From IMG/VR virus record IMGVR_UViG_3300028597_000007: 64,000 bases of DNA; one strand, 5' to 3'. How positions within the stretch are numbered: the stretch's first letter is position 1; each line of letters opens with the position of its first letter. The notes beneath the pieces were generated by a model, which saw only the letters and a program-made list of their open reading frames with translations, had not been told where the DNA came from and did no database searches. Below are positions 17,511 to 26,739 of the stretch, in pieces. Both the position numbers and the translations under genes were made by a program. This DNA comes from a virus.

Positions 17511-18332
17511 TCAAAGCAGTCCACCCACAATGGACTGAATGTGATCCAAATGCGAAAGCGGATCGGAGAGGATAGCTACCTTCTCCCACTTCTTCATCTG
17601 CTCTTCGTAGAGTTCGTTGGCATCGGAATAGCTGTCAACGATCTCCTTGAAGCGGCCAATGGACATACCGCCTGCGATCTGCGCCTCATCCATGGGGATG
17701 ACAATGTTGTTGTAGATGTACGCTTTAACGGCGAACTCGCACAACTTCTTGAAATGGCGCCAGGCTGCAGGTGGAATGTGGGACAGGGTGCTGTCGTTCT
17801 CCAGCTGGCAATCCAGATACATGGTACCTGCCAGGCGCAGAGGCGATCGTATGAGGATCATGTTGTCGCCGATGATCTGAAGATTGCTGTCAGACATCAG
17901 CGGCATGGCTTCACGCGATTGCTTCACGGCACGCATGGAGTCAACCAGGCTACTCGCTGCACCAAACTGCATCGAGACCGAACCGCCCAAGGCACCTGTC
18001 GGCGTACCGGTTACCATTGCATAGACTGCAGTGATCGACCGGTTGTTGGTACGGTTCTTTGGAATGGTGATTACCAGGCTCCAGTCGTCTTGTTGCTCTT
18101 GCACCAGGCCAACCAAGGAGACCAGCTCACGCTGACCCGAGATGAGGTTGATGCCGGGCAACACACGGCCTTCAATCACCTTGTCGCGGATCACGTGATC
18201 AATGCTGACCACGGGAGCGTTACGGCGTCCCCACGTCTCTCGGCGGATCAGGTCATTCTGAAAAGCTTCGCGAAGAATGGGCATCGGAATCAGATGCTTC
18301 AGTTCGTTAAGTGTATGCTGAATGGCGTTCAT
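17511..18332 (-). CDS. conserved virion structural protein (phiKZ gp32-like, putative neck/head-tail connector)
   Basis: Divergent from phuZ as in phiKZ-like phages; sequence pattern recalled from the family; function inferred. Confidence 0.6.
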   Translation of the reverse strand: MNAIQHTLNELKHLIPMPILREAFQNDLIRRETWGRRNAPVVSIDHVIRDKVIEGRVLPGINLISGQRELVSLVGLVQEQQDDWSLVITIPKNRTNNRSITAVYAMVTGTPTGALGGSVSMQFGAASSLVDSMRAVKQSREAMPLMSDSNLQIIGDNMILIRSPLRLAGTMYLDCQLENDSTLSHIPPAAWRHFKKLCEFAVKAYIYNNIVIPMDEAQIAGGMSIGRFKEIVDSYSDANELYEEQMKKWEKVAILSDPLSHLDHIQSIVGGLL

Positions 18333-18414
18333 GATTTAAACTCGCAATGACCATTAGGTATTTATTAGCTAATACATGTTGATGAATGCCACATTTCCCC
18401 TAAGGAGCAATACC

Positions 18415-19467
18415 GTGACTCGTAAAGTAAACATTCTGGCTTGCGGCGGCTTTGGCCAAAACATGATGCTGGCTCTGTCCACTCGCCCCCTCTTCGAATC
18501 GATCAAGGACTCCCTGAACCTGGTCGCGTTCGACACCTCCGAGTCCAACCTCAAGCGCTTCGCTGGCTCCGCCATCGAGAAGCAGGTCAAGAAGGTGCTG
18601 GTCGAAAAGGCCGACGGCTCCGGCAAGCGTCGCGCTGAAAACCACGAAGCCATCACCGCCGTTGCCACCGACTTCGTCAACGACAACGGTGTCGAAAACG
18701 GCCTGGTCATCATCGTGTCCTCGGCCTCCGGTGGTTCGGGTTCGAAGTTCGCTGACGACCTGCACGAACTGCTGGCCAAGCGCGGCCATCGCGTGATCTC
18801 CATGATCCTGGGTACCGACGAGGACTCCGAGGCTCTGGGCAACACCGTCAAGACCATCAAAACCTACCGCCACAAGGCGAGCCTGTCCGACAAGAACTTC
18901 GCCATGTTCTACGGCCAGAACCGCTTCCCGGTCGAAGGCGAGGAAGGCAAGACCTACATCGACGAGGCGCGTGCCGACGAGCTGTTCGTGACCAACCTGG
19001 AAGACATCATCATGATCGGCCATCCAGGCAACGACACCCTGGACACCATGGACCAGCTGCGCTTCCTGAACTACCGCACCGACGCTGAAGGCGGCCTGAA
19101 GGGCCAGGGTCAGCTGCGCTTCCTGTCGCTGATTTCCCGTGGCGAGAAGGAAGACTTCCCGGACGATGAAGATGCCCCGGTATCGGCGCTGTCCCTGCTG
19201 TCCAAGCGTGGCGTTACCCCGCAGTTCCCAACCGGTACCGGCTACTCCACTCGTGGTTACCTGTCCGATGGTCTGACCTTCACCCACGACACCGTGGAAG
19301 TCCAGTACCAGCTGTTCTCCGGCCGTACCGGCAAGCTGGCCAACCAGCTGGCCAAGCAGCAGAAGCTGTACGACGATATCCAAGCCAAGCAGGCCCAGGC
19401 CAGCTCTGGCGACGAGATCAAGCGCAGCGAGCGTGATGAGCTGAGCGAATCTGGCAGCTTCCTGTAA
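18415..19467 (+). CDS. phuZ: PhuZ phage tubulin
   Basis: ACGGFGQN T1 loop, SASGGSGS tubulin signature, acidic-hydrophobic C-tail; GTG 18415 after AAGGAG; extreme codon bias. Confidence 0.95.
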   Translation: MTRKVNILACGGFGQNMMLALSTRPLFESIKDSLNLVAFDTSESNLKRFAGSAIEKQVKKVLVEKADGSGKRRAENHEAITAVATDFVNDNGVENGLVIIVSSASGGSGSKFADDLHELLAKRGHRVISMILGTDEDSEALGNTVKTIKTYRHKASLSDKNFAMFYGQNRFPVEGEEGKTYIDEARADELFVTNLEDIIMIGHPGNDTLDTMDQLRFLNYRTDAEGGLKGQGQLRFLSLISRGEKEDFPDDEDAPVSALSLLSKRGVTPQFPTGTGYSTRGYLSDGLTFTHDTVEVQYQLFSGRTGKLANQLAKQQKLYDDIQAKQAQASSGDEIKRSERDELSESGSFL

Positions 19468-19474
19468 TACCCGC

Positions 19475-19522
19475 GCATGGGGCTGGCCTTCGGGCCAGCC
19501 TTTATGCCCCATCTTTTTTTTT
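19475..19522 (+). terminator. phuZ terminator
   Basis: GGCTGGCC-TTCG-GGCCAGCC-TTTATGC and a long T tract. Confidence 0.9.
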
Positions 19523-19552
19523 TGTTAAACTAAACAAGGGGATGTAATGTAT

Positions 19553-19654
19553 TGAGGTCTCTGCAGATACGGTCAGGTGTCTGCCCCGGTTGTCACGGTC
19601 CGGGTTGATTTCAGGCATGACTCCATCGCCTCCCTTCGGGGAGGTTTTTTTTTT
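19553..19654 (+). ncRNA. candidate small structured RNA (three-way junction) with its own terminator
   Basis: Three helices (19553-59/19607-13, 19563-70/19577-84, 19585-89/19600-04) between two terminators; no ORF. Confidence 0.5.
19629..19654 (+). terminator. intrinsic terminator
   Basis: CCTCCC-TTCG-GGGAGG followed by T10. Confidence 0.9.
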
Positions 19655-19679
19655 GCCCTAATTTCGAAGGATGCCCCAA

Positions 19680-20048
19680 ATGTCCTATATTCTCAGCAGC
19701 AAAGCCAACACCATTTTCAACCTGCGTTCGCTCATTACCGCCCCCATGATCCAGTCCCAAGTGCTGGTCAGTGTCTACCCGGATGGCAGGGTCCAGGCAG
19801 TGCTGTCCTATCAGGGCATCGTGGTTGAGCAGCCGGACGAGCGCCAGGACACCGACGAAACCCTGTACGCTGACGACATCCGTCAGCAGTACGCACAATT
19901 CGATGTTATCCAGGACGGCCTGCTGGACGTCGGGGTGGGCAACACCCATCGCATTGCCATCACCGAACACTCCCTGGAAAACGAGATGTTCGCATTCATC
20001 CCCATGACCATCCAGCCAAGTACCCACTTCGACGCCGGTGAAGAGTGA
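19680..20048 (+). CDS. hypothetical protein
   Basis: RBS AAGGA; tiled with the next genes. Confidence 0.75.
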   Translation: MSYILSSKANTIFNLRSLITAPMIQSQVLVSVYPDGRVQAVLSYQGIVVEQPDERQDTDETLYADDIRQQYAQFDVIQDGLLDVGVGNTHRIAITEHSLENEMFAFIPMTIQPSTHFDAGEE

Positions 20049-20404
20049 TGGAGCCGCGCCTCGTCTATGGCCGTGACGAACACGGCAATGAGGTGACGCC
20101 ACTTGGCGTAGACTTCAAGCAGCAGTTCACGCTGGGTCAATTGGTTCTGGCCAGTCACGTACCTGAGACGATGATGTTCAAGGTGCGTGCCGATGGCAAA
20201 CCAGGCCACATGCTGCAGTACCAAGGCACTTGGCCTCTGCGCCGTCACAATGCCCAAGAGCCTGGCATCATCAACAACTACGCTCACTTCACCCCGTACA
20301 TTCGTAAGGGGCCTGGGGTGTGGGTACTGGACAACAACGGTCAGGTCTCGGTACCGCTCAGTAAAGAAGAGCTGCTGAGCCTTTACCAGTTCTATCAACT
20401 GTAA
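20045..20404 (+). CDS. hypothetical protein
   Basis: Coupled start. Confidence 0.75.
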   Translation: MMEPRLVYGRDEHGNEVTPLGVDFKQQFTLGQLVLASHVPETMMFKVRADGKPGHMLQYQGTWPLRRHNAQEPGIINNYAHFTPYIRKGPGVWVLDNNGQVSVPLSKEELLSLYQFYQL

Positions 20405-20413
20405 GGAGACGAT

Positions 20414-20836
20414 ATGTTCAAGTTCGATCCGAGTGGCATCGTCGGGGTCAATTCTCACTTCGGTGTAATCCTCACCCCGTGTGTGTTTGTCGAAAACGCC
20501 ATCAATGGTAAAGAGGGTTACGACGTTACTCCGATGACCCCTGGCACCAACACCTCAACGATGTGGATGACCAAGGACCAGGCAGTCGACTGCACTGCAG
20601 TGATCGAAGAGCCCAACCTCCGCTTGATCCCGCATGAAGAACGCGCCATTCATGCCGAGCTGGCTGTCCATCGGCAGCGCATCCGCGAATTGAACGCCGA
20701 GGTTGCGAACCGCCACCCGCACTACAAGGCCAACGGCACCACCGACGTCCATGCGGTCAGTTTCCTGAACCCACAGATCGAGCTGCTTGAAAAGCTGGTT
20801 ACTCTCCTCGAAGAGAAGCTCGCGCACATCGACTGA
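20414..20836 (+). CDS. hypothetical protein
   Basis: RBS AAGGAG. Confidence 0.8.
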   Translation: MFKFDPSGIVGVNSHFGVILTPCVFVENAINGKEGYDVTPMTPGTNTSTMWMTKDQAVDCTAVIEEPNLRLIPHEERAIHAELAVHRQRIRELNAEVANRHPHYKANGTTDVHAVSFLNPQIELLEKLVTLLEEKLAHID

Positions 20837-20943
20837 CTGCGTAATACTATGCAAACCTACGTTTGCTACGGACGCGGTTAGTAGTGCCCAGAGCCGAGCA
20901 GTCTTTCCGATAGCCGAATGGCTGGGTCAACCGCTAAGCCAAA

Positions 20944-20975
20944 GCCCTGCCCTTCGGGGCAGGGCACTTATGCCC
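20944..20975 (+). terminator. terminator hairpin followed by TTATGCC
   Basis: GCCCTGCCC-TTCG-GGGCAGGGC. Confidence 0.8.
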
Positions 20976-20987
20976 ATGGAGACCCCA

Positions 20988-21203
20988 ATGCCTGGAGTAT
21001 TTCGTTGCGTCAGCTGTAACCACGTCGACCTCATGGACGTTCGCTATCCCCACGGCGAAGACATGGATGTAGACCTGCGCCCCATTCCCCTCATCTGTAC
21101 CCAGTGTGCTGGGCTCCCCTGGCACAACCGAATGGTCTATGAAGTGTACAACCCAGAACTTCATGACGTGGTGAATAAACCTTCTTCAAATACAACGGGT
21201 TAA
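20988..21203 (+). CDS. small zinc-ribbon protein (CxxC...CxxC)
   Basis: RBS GGAGA; CVSC and CTQC motifs. Confidence 0.55.
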   Translation: MPGVFRCVSCNHVDLMDVRYPHGEDMDVDLRPIPLICTQCAGLPWHNRMVYEVYNPELHDVVNKPSSNTTG

Positions 21204-21333
21204 CCGGATCTATTGGTAAGACTCCTGCCGCTTTGCTCCTGTGCGGTTTAAGGTCTACCTGGACGAGCGCCCATCACTCTTTGGGGGAGTGGCTGTGAAC
21301 AGCTTGTCGGAAGGAAGTCGTTGTGTGTGGACT

Positions 21334-21372
21334 GCATACCCTCCGCCCTCGGAAGGGGCGGAGGGCTTATGC
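21334..21372 (+). terminator. terminator with GCATA/TATGC flanks
   Basis: CCCTCCGCCC stem pairing with GGGCGGAGGG. Confidence 0.8.
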
Positions 21373-21504
21373 TGCTAGAAGGCTTCTGTAAAGCGCTATG
21401 AGAAGGATTTATAGTAGAACGGTATCACGCTATGGTTTAGGACATATAAGGCAACATAGAGCATTCTAGGCCCTTTCTGGATAGGTGCGATACGAGCCTT
21501 TTTG

Positions 21505-21526
21505 AAACCTAAATTATCAAGATGAA
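21505..21526 (+). promoter_or_regulatory. phage promoter motif AAACCTAAATTATC-N4-TGAA
   Basis: Perfect consensus; the 14-mer is identical to that at 41521. Confidence 0.8.
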
Positions 21527-21546
21527 TTGGTCCTGGATATTCGTCT

Positions 21547-21888
21547 ATGAAGTTAACACCAATCCCCCAAGACCATACCACGTTCTTGTTCCACGTATCT
21601 GAGTATGAGCAGGACCTACTCCATGTCAACTGTGACATCGCCATGGAAGAGTATCTCGCTTGGCTCCTCGTGGATCTCGGGCTACCTGTCCTCACCCCAC
21701 CTTGGTGGACAGCGCCCGATCTTCCCTTTGAAGCACAGGTGACTCGTGATTTCCATATGAAGGAAATCTACAAGACGCTAACGGAAATGCTTTATGAAAA
21801 TGGATGGACAGGGGAAGAGGAACTGCTGGTGTGCGTCCAAGGTCGGGCTTATTGCTCGATCAGTTTTCTCAAGGAGCGTGCTGGATGA
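21547..21888 (+). CDS. small acidic protein, first gene of the tandem array
   Basis: First ORF after the promoter. Confidence 0.7.
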   Translation: MKLTPIPQDHTTFLFHVSEYEQDLLHVNCDIAMEEYLAWLLVDLGLPVLTPPWWTAPDLPFEAQVTRDFHMKEIYKTLTEMLYENGWTGEEELLVCVQGRAYCSISFLKERAG

Positions 21889-22460
21889 AATTCGTATTTG
21901 ACCTGGGCGAACAACTGGCTGAACTCCCTAAGCTGATACCTCAGGGTGGCTTCACCGAATCACTGGGTTTGAATCTGCTGGAGCCAAAGCACTGGCTTGA
22001 GTTTGTTCACACGGATGCCAAAGGTATTCTGCGTGAGAAGATTCTGGGCACCAACAACGACCGCGTACAAAACATGTTGGCCATTCTGCTCAAGGTGGCC
22101 AATGATGGCGGGGACGATGATCAGATCAAGTTCTTCGTCCGCGCAGTGCAAGAGTCCCACGAGCCACCGACCATTCCTGACCGTGGCGAAGATGGGGACA
22201 TCTATCCAAAGGACAGTCCAGAGCGCCGGTACCTGGAAGCGTTGGACGATCTGCTGGACGATATCTATTACGACATCGGCACGGAGCTTCATGAGTTCGT
22301 GTCTTCGTTCTACAACCGTGGTGATTTGTGGACGGTGGATGTCACACCGCACACCAAACACATGATCTTCAACTTCTGTTGCCAGCGCCATGTAGTTGAA
22401 GCCTCCGTTGTAGCTTCCGGGGGCAGCATGCATGACTTTGTGTACCACCTGATCGGATAA
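21885..22460 (+). CDS. small acidic array protein (FVFDLGEQLAEL)
   Basis: RBS AAGGAG; coupled start. Confidence 0.8.
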   Translation: MKFVFDLGEQLAELPKLIPQGGFTESLGLNLLEPKHWLEFVHTDAKGILREKILGTNNDRVQNMLAILLKVANDGGDDDQIKFFVRAVQESHEPPTIPDRGEDGDIYPKDSPERRYLEALDDLLDDIYYDIGTELHEFVSSFYNRGDLWTVDVTPHTKHMIFNFCCQRHVVEASVVASGGSMHDFVYHLIG

Positions 22461-22463
22461 CGC

Positions 22464-22952
22464 ATGAAGCAGTCATTCCATCCAGGGCCAATAGAGCCCA
22501 ACCCAGACTTCAAGATCGTCATCAATCTTGGAGAGATCATAGGTGCCTTCGACTATGACCTGGGAGACGATCGGTTTGCTACCATCGCTTCCCAGTTCAC
22601 TGGCGATACGTCGGGCTACTTGTGTCGCGGCATGATCCATTGCCTCCTGGGTATACCTGGAGGACTGTCGATCTCGGAAGCCGCTCGGTTCTTCCCCATT
22701 AACCTGCAACCATCTGCCACGATATTCCTGGAACACTTCTGGAATGCATTGGCAGCGGACATCGCCCGCATGGAAGGAATGATCAGGCAACAAAACCCTG
22801 GTCGTTCCTTCGACGCGAACCAAGTACCAACCCCAATGGTCAATGGTTACCACACCTTGACCATCTGGTACCACTGGTCTCTGGCCACACAACAACTGGA
22901 GGAACCTCTTGACTACGACGGGACTGACGAGCCCGAGGGTCGAGGGTTCTAG
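22464..22952 (+). CDS. array protein (IVINLGEIIGAF) ending in GRGF
   Basis: Tiled ORF. Confidence 0.8.
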   Translation: MKQSFHPGPIEPNPDFKIVINLGEIIGAFDYDLGDDRFATIASQFTGDTSGYLCRGMIHCLLGIPGGLSISEAARFFPINLQPSATIFLEHFWNALAADIARMEGMIRQQNPGRSFDANQVPTPMVNGYHTLTIWYHWSLATQQLEEPLDYDGTDEPEGRGF

Positions 22953-22960
22953 GAGATGCG

Positions 22961-23398
22961 ATGAAAGCAGTCGTACACTGGGACCTGTCTGAAATGATTG
23001 GGGAGGCGGACTTCGCGTTCAAGCAACACTCCCCTTTCGTGGATGGGCACGATGAAATAATCAGGGACACGCCGGTAGAGTGGAAACATCTGCTGGCTGA
23101 CCTTGCTGCGATTGCATTGCGTGACCAAGCAGCTGGCACAGACGCGCTGGCTGACTTTGTCGAGAGCAACATCGGTCGCAACTACGAGTTCTTGGGATTG
23201 TTCTTCAAGTCCCAGGCTCGACGCTGGTATAAAGAGATGACGTGGTTCACCGACTTCACTGCCCGTGATTTCGATTGGTACGTTATCGATGACGTTACAC
23301 AACTCACCCCCATGATGCTGAGAGTGGCTATCCATGGCGGGTACTATTATGAGAACCCTGACGCATGTTTGGACATTACCGAGTATCCATTGATCTAG
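22961..23398 (+). CDS. array protein (VHWDLSEMIGEA)
   Basis: RBS AGGAG. Confidence 0.8.
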   Translation: MKAVVHWDLSEMIGEADFAFKQHSPFVDGHDEIIRDTPVEWKHLLADLAAIALRDQAAGTDALADFVESNIGRNYEFLGLFFKSQARRWYKEMTWFTDFTARDFDWYVIDDVTQLTPMMLRVAIHGGYYYENPDACLDITEYPLI

Positions 23399-23940
23399 AA
23401 GAATCCATTGGAGAGATCGGCCTACTGCTGTCAGCGGTAACAGGCAACAAATTCAGCACCGAAATGACCACAATGGCATGCACACACTACAAGCACATGG
23501 CGCTTGTGTGTGCGTGTGCATTTATGATGTCGCCTGTTTCGCTGAGCTTGGCTGATCGTCACCGGGTGGTACAAGTACGCAACTCCATGGCTGAGAACAT
23601 TCAATCGGTTTATCCGATGTTCCAGCAAGAGGAATCCCGATGGGGCTATCAGGAGACCATGACCGTAGTGACTGAGTTGGCTTTCAACTTCGTCAACACG
23701 ATCCTGTTCTTCTATCCGCAACTTAAAGTAGCCCTGGGTCTGCCCCACTTGTATACATTCACACCTATCCAGATCGGAACACCTGAGAACTACTTGCCAG
23801 ATCCTCGGCAGATGGGTACCCCCCACGAGCAGAGAATGGCAGAGGCGTTCCCAGTGATCCGTGAAAGGAAGGACCCGGCCAACAGGTTGTCATTCACTCT
23901 TTGGGTGAGGCCTGGACCTAACCAAAGGCTACTGACCTAA
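23365..23940 (+). CDS. array protein (VSIDLEESIGEI)
   Basis: Overlaps its neighbours; TAATG coupling downstream. Confidence 0.75.
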   Translation: MFGHYRVSIDLEESIGEIGLLLSAVTGNKFSTEMTTMACTHYKHMALVCACAFMMSPVSLSLADRHRVVQVRNSMAENIQSVYPMFQQEESRWGYQETMTVVTELAFNFVNTILFFYPQLKVALGLPHLYTFTPIQIGTPENYLPDPRQMGTPHEQRMAEAFPVIRERKDPANRLSFTLWVRPGPNQRLLT

Positions 23941-24383
23941 TGAACCCGTATTGGAAGACCATCATGATCCTGCGATTATCCAGAGAAGATCATTTCTTCG
24001 ATCTGGGATTGGAGATTGGCAACATCGATGGTTACTGCACGGCGATCCTTGAACTTGTCTTAGAGGCAATTGCAATGGAACGCTTCAACACGCAGTACAT
24101 CCATACAGGTGCTCGTAGCGACTACTCGGTGCCGTGGAAGATTCAATTCCCCGGCACTGGTGCAGTTGAGTACCTGCAAAACTACGAACGCATCCTGTCA
24201 CGTTTTGTGTACATGACAGGCGGTAAGTTTGACACCGAGCGAATCATTGATGACCTGATGACGGTCTATGAATGGGTCGCCGATCCGATTGATCAAGAGT
24301 TCCCCGACTGGTCGATGCAGGCACCGGCCAAGATTGAGTTCACGCTGACTCCGGGGAGCTTTCAATTTGAGATAAGCAAATGA
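23940..24383 (+). CDS. array protein
   Basis: Coupled start. Confidence 0.75.
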   Translation: MNPYWKTIMILRLSREDHFFDLGLEIGNIDGYCTAILELVLEAIAMERFNTQYIHTGARSDYSVPWKIQFPGTGAVEYLQNYERILSRFVYMTGGKFDTERIIDDLMTVYEWVADPIDQEFPDWSMQAPAKIEFTLTPGSFQFEISK

Positions 24384-24808
24384 TGCGTAAAAAGAGAGTA
24401 TTGGTCATCGACCTCACTGAGGAGGTTAATGACTACGTGGGAGATTTGCCTGAGGAGTCTTGGGGACTGGACTCCGAGACTTCCGAATACGGAGGACCCG
24501 ACGAGCTGGCAATCAGTGCAGCCTGTGGGTTCTTTGGTTACATCGATCCCAACTCGCCTAATCATGACGAGGAAGAGGAATTCGAGGACATGGACAAGGC
24601 CATCGGGCATAGCTGCACGCTAGAGCCCAATGATCAATTTTGGTTTGATGTGCACCATAATCTGAATCTGTTCAAGCCGCAGCTGCTCGCGAATGGATTG
24701 TTCTACGCGACAGACATAAGCTTCAGTAACAAGCGACTGGTCATTGAAGTGTCCAACGAAATGGATATGGCGAAACATCATGATAGAATCCAACCCCCCA
24801 GAAGCTGA
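24380..24808 (+). CDS. acidic array protein (LVIDLTEEVNDY)
   Basis: Coupled start. Confidence 0.8.
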   Translation: MMRKKRVLVIDLTEEVNDYVGDLPEESWGLDSETSEYGGPDELAISAACGFFGYIDPNSPNHDEEEEFEDMDKAIGHSCTLEPNDQFWFDVHHNLNLFKPQLLANGLFYATDISFSNKRLVIEVSNEMDMAKHHDRIQPPRS

Positions 24809-25256
24809 TGAGCAATCAGCCAGAGACCCGAACAAGAAGGCATGGCAACACGAGTGCCCCCTTGAAATCGAGGTTGACCAGACCGCAGCTGTTGTAATTG
24901 TCGAGTCAGAGGTGCTGGCCGGCATCTATGACATGCTGCGTCGTAAGCGTTTTCGAATGGGTGTTCCTATGGACGCCCCGCAAAGCGCATGGCTACACAA
25001 GGTCTCCCAGGCGGTGGGTATCTGCCTCAATGACTACCACATGGAGCGTTTCTACGACGCTAACTGTTTGGCCATTGGCACCTTGCTCATGAATGAGTTG
25101 ATGGACGACCTCCGTGAAAGCATGACTTGGGTAGCCAACGTGTACTGGGAGGACGTTATCGGCTTCTCCGTAATCAGTGGCACCACAAAGGTGATGCTAC
25201 ACTTCTCTCAAGAGGATCTTGACAATGGCGGTATCATTGCGCAGCTTGGCGCCTAA
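24780..25256 (+). CDS. array protein
   Basis: Tiled ORF; start uncertain (24744 or 24780). Confidence 0.7.
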   Translation: MIESNPPEADEQSARDPNKKAWQHECPLEIEVDQTAAVVIVESEVLAGIYDMLRRKRFRMGVPMDAPQSAWLHKVSQAVGICLNDYHMERFYDANCLAIGTLLMNELMDDLRESMTWVANVYWEDVIGFSVISGTTKVMLHFSQEDLDNGGIIAQLGA

Positions 25257-25638
25257 TACCAAGATCAACCTCGTTGCCAGAATGCAAATCCAAGGACGTA
25301 CCACGTTCACGGGCTACACATTCCAGGGCGAGGTTCCAATGGCGGTTGCCGGCATGTTTGCCGGTGACCTGCGCGCTTTGGTGGCCCAGACCAAGGCGTA
25401 CTTCCGCAGTGGTTCTTCGGCCGACGAGAACAAGATCAACTACATCTTGCTCAAGCAGTCGGAGTCCACCCCGGTGTTCGTAATCCCTGAGCCACTGATC
25501 GAGTTGACCTCGGTGCAAGTGGCCGGGTCTACCGTGTACGACGTGGTGGTTCGTGATGGCATTACCGAGCAGGAGTTGCAGAACATCCTGTCCGGTAACG
25601 GTCTCAAGGACTTCTCTGTCACCGCACGACAGGTGTAG
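25225..25638 (+). CDS. conserved chimallivirus small beta-rich protein (SH3-like)
   Basis: RBS GAGGA; residue pattern resembles a gene found just upstream of the CYTH gene in phiKZ-like phages (recall). Confidence 0.65.
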   Translation: MAVSLRSLAPNTKINLVARMQIQGRTTFTGYTFQGEVPMAVAGMFAGDLRALVAQTKAYFRSGSSADENKINYILLKQSESTPVFVIPEPLIELTSVQVAGSTVYDVVVRDGITEQELQNILSGNGLKDFSVTARQV

Positions 25639-25640
25639 CC

Positions 25641-25997
25641 ATGTCCACCTACTCCGGCGTAGACGGGCTACTGCGGATAGCCCCCGGCCAACCTTTGGAT
25701 CTCACTCCGTGCCTGGAAGAGATTCACAAGGTTGGTCGGGACTACCGGGTCTTCTTTAAGGTTGGCTCTATCGAACTGGAGGATGATACCTACAGCGTCG
25801 AACAGTCGACCCAACACGTGATGTCCAGCGTGGGTGGAACCAGTGAGTCGTTTAGCTTTGAAGTAGACGACGAAGCGACACCTACGATCCGCAGCGTAGA
25901 TTTTGCGCTGGGTACCAAGAACGACCTCTACCTCTCGGCATGTGATGCGAGGGTGAGGTCGATCATCTTGGAAGATATGTACATCCTCGCCCCCTAA
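25641..25997 (+). CDS. hypothetical acidic protein
   Basis: RBS AGGTG. Confidence 0.7.
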   Translation: MSTYSGVDGLLRIAPGQPLDLTPCLEEIHKVGRDYRVFFKVGSIELEDDTYSVEQSTQHVMSSVGGTSESFSFEVDDEATPTIRSVDFALGTKNDLYLSACDARVRSIILEDMYILAP

Positions 25998-26025
25998 TTT
26001 TTTTGTCTCAAAACAGGTGCCCAGC

Positions 26026-26649
26026 ATGGCTCGCGACGTAAAACTCAATCAGCGAATGCTCATGATGCTCGAATCGTTGGACAACGAGGACGCATCCGGC
26101 AAAGCTACCCAAGAAGTCGAACACGTTTTCTACGGCAAGATCGCCGACGCCAACCAGTTGGCTGAACTGGCCAAGCAGCCGTACGTGACCAAGTTCTTGC
26201 AGGAGCAATCCCAGTGCAAGATCCTGATCAAGTCTGCTGCTGACAACCCGCCGACCCTGCGCGTGCGCCGCATCAACCGCGAGTCCTGCGTGATCACCCG
26301 TAAGGTGTTCGTGCCTGGCCAAGCTGGCATGATGGAAGACACCAAGGAATGCGGTGAAGCGCTGTACGACTTCCTCTCCCAGACCTTCGGCGAAGCGATG
26401 ACCAAAATGCGCTACGTCATCCAGCCAGAAGGTCAGAAGAAGTTGGAACTCGACGTGTTCCTCGACCGTCACGGTAATGCCTTGGGCTACGCCAAGTTCG
26501 ACTTCGAAGTGGAAAGCGCCGATGAGGCCTGTCCGCAACTGCCGCTCACCCTGACCGACCTGAAACACGTTGACCCGTACAAAGGTTCCGACGTAGATCG
26601 CGCCGCCCTGCGCGAGTTCATGCAGATGATGACTTACAAGACCATGTAA
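26026..26649 (+). CDS. CYTH-like (triphosphate tunnel) phosphatase, phiKZ gp49-like
   Basis: E-x-E start motif, LRVRR, KxRY, ELDVF and DFEV motifs; adjacent to the DNA polymerase. Confidence 0.8.
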   Translation: MARDVKLNQRMLMMLESLDNEDASGKATQEVEHVFYGKIADANQLAELAKQPYVTKFLQEQSQCKILIKSAADNPPTLRVRRINRESCVITRKVFVPGQAGMMEDTKECGEALYDFLSQTFGEAMTKMRYVIQPEGQKKLELDVFLDRHGNALGYAKFDFEVESADEACPQLPLTLTDLKHVDPYKGSDVDRAALREFMQMMTYKTM

Positions 26650-26653
26650 GTTG

Positions 26654-26683
26654 GTGGCCAGCCTTCGGGCTGGTCGCTATGCC
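26654..26683 (+). terminator. terminator hairpin followed by TATGCC
   Basis: GCCAGCC-TTCG-GGCTGGT. Confidence 0.7.
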
Positions 26684-26739
26684 GTCGTTTAGAATGAGCT
26701 GGGGACATTAAGTAGTCCCGCACACATAAGACATTTCCC

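Noticed and set aside
18376-18414. Longer PhuZ start given by the ORF track
   Set aside because: Overlaps a promoter-like motif; GTG 18415 has a strong AAGGAG RBS
18400-19512. 370-aa antisense ORF over phuZ
   Set aside because: Shadow ORF produced by extreme C/G third-position bias on the sense strand; no RBS and no sensible protein features
19553-19620. tRNA or hammerhead ribozyme identity for the small RNA
   Set aside because: No cloverleaf, T-loop or CCA end, and no CUGANGA/GAAA core; kept only as an unknown RNA
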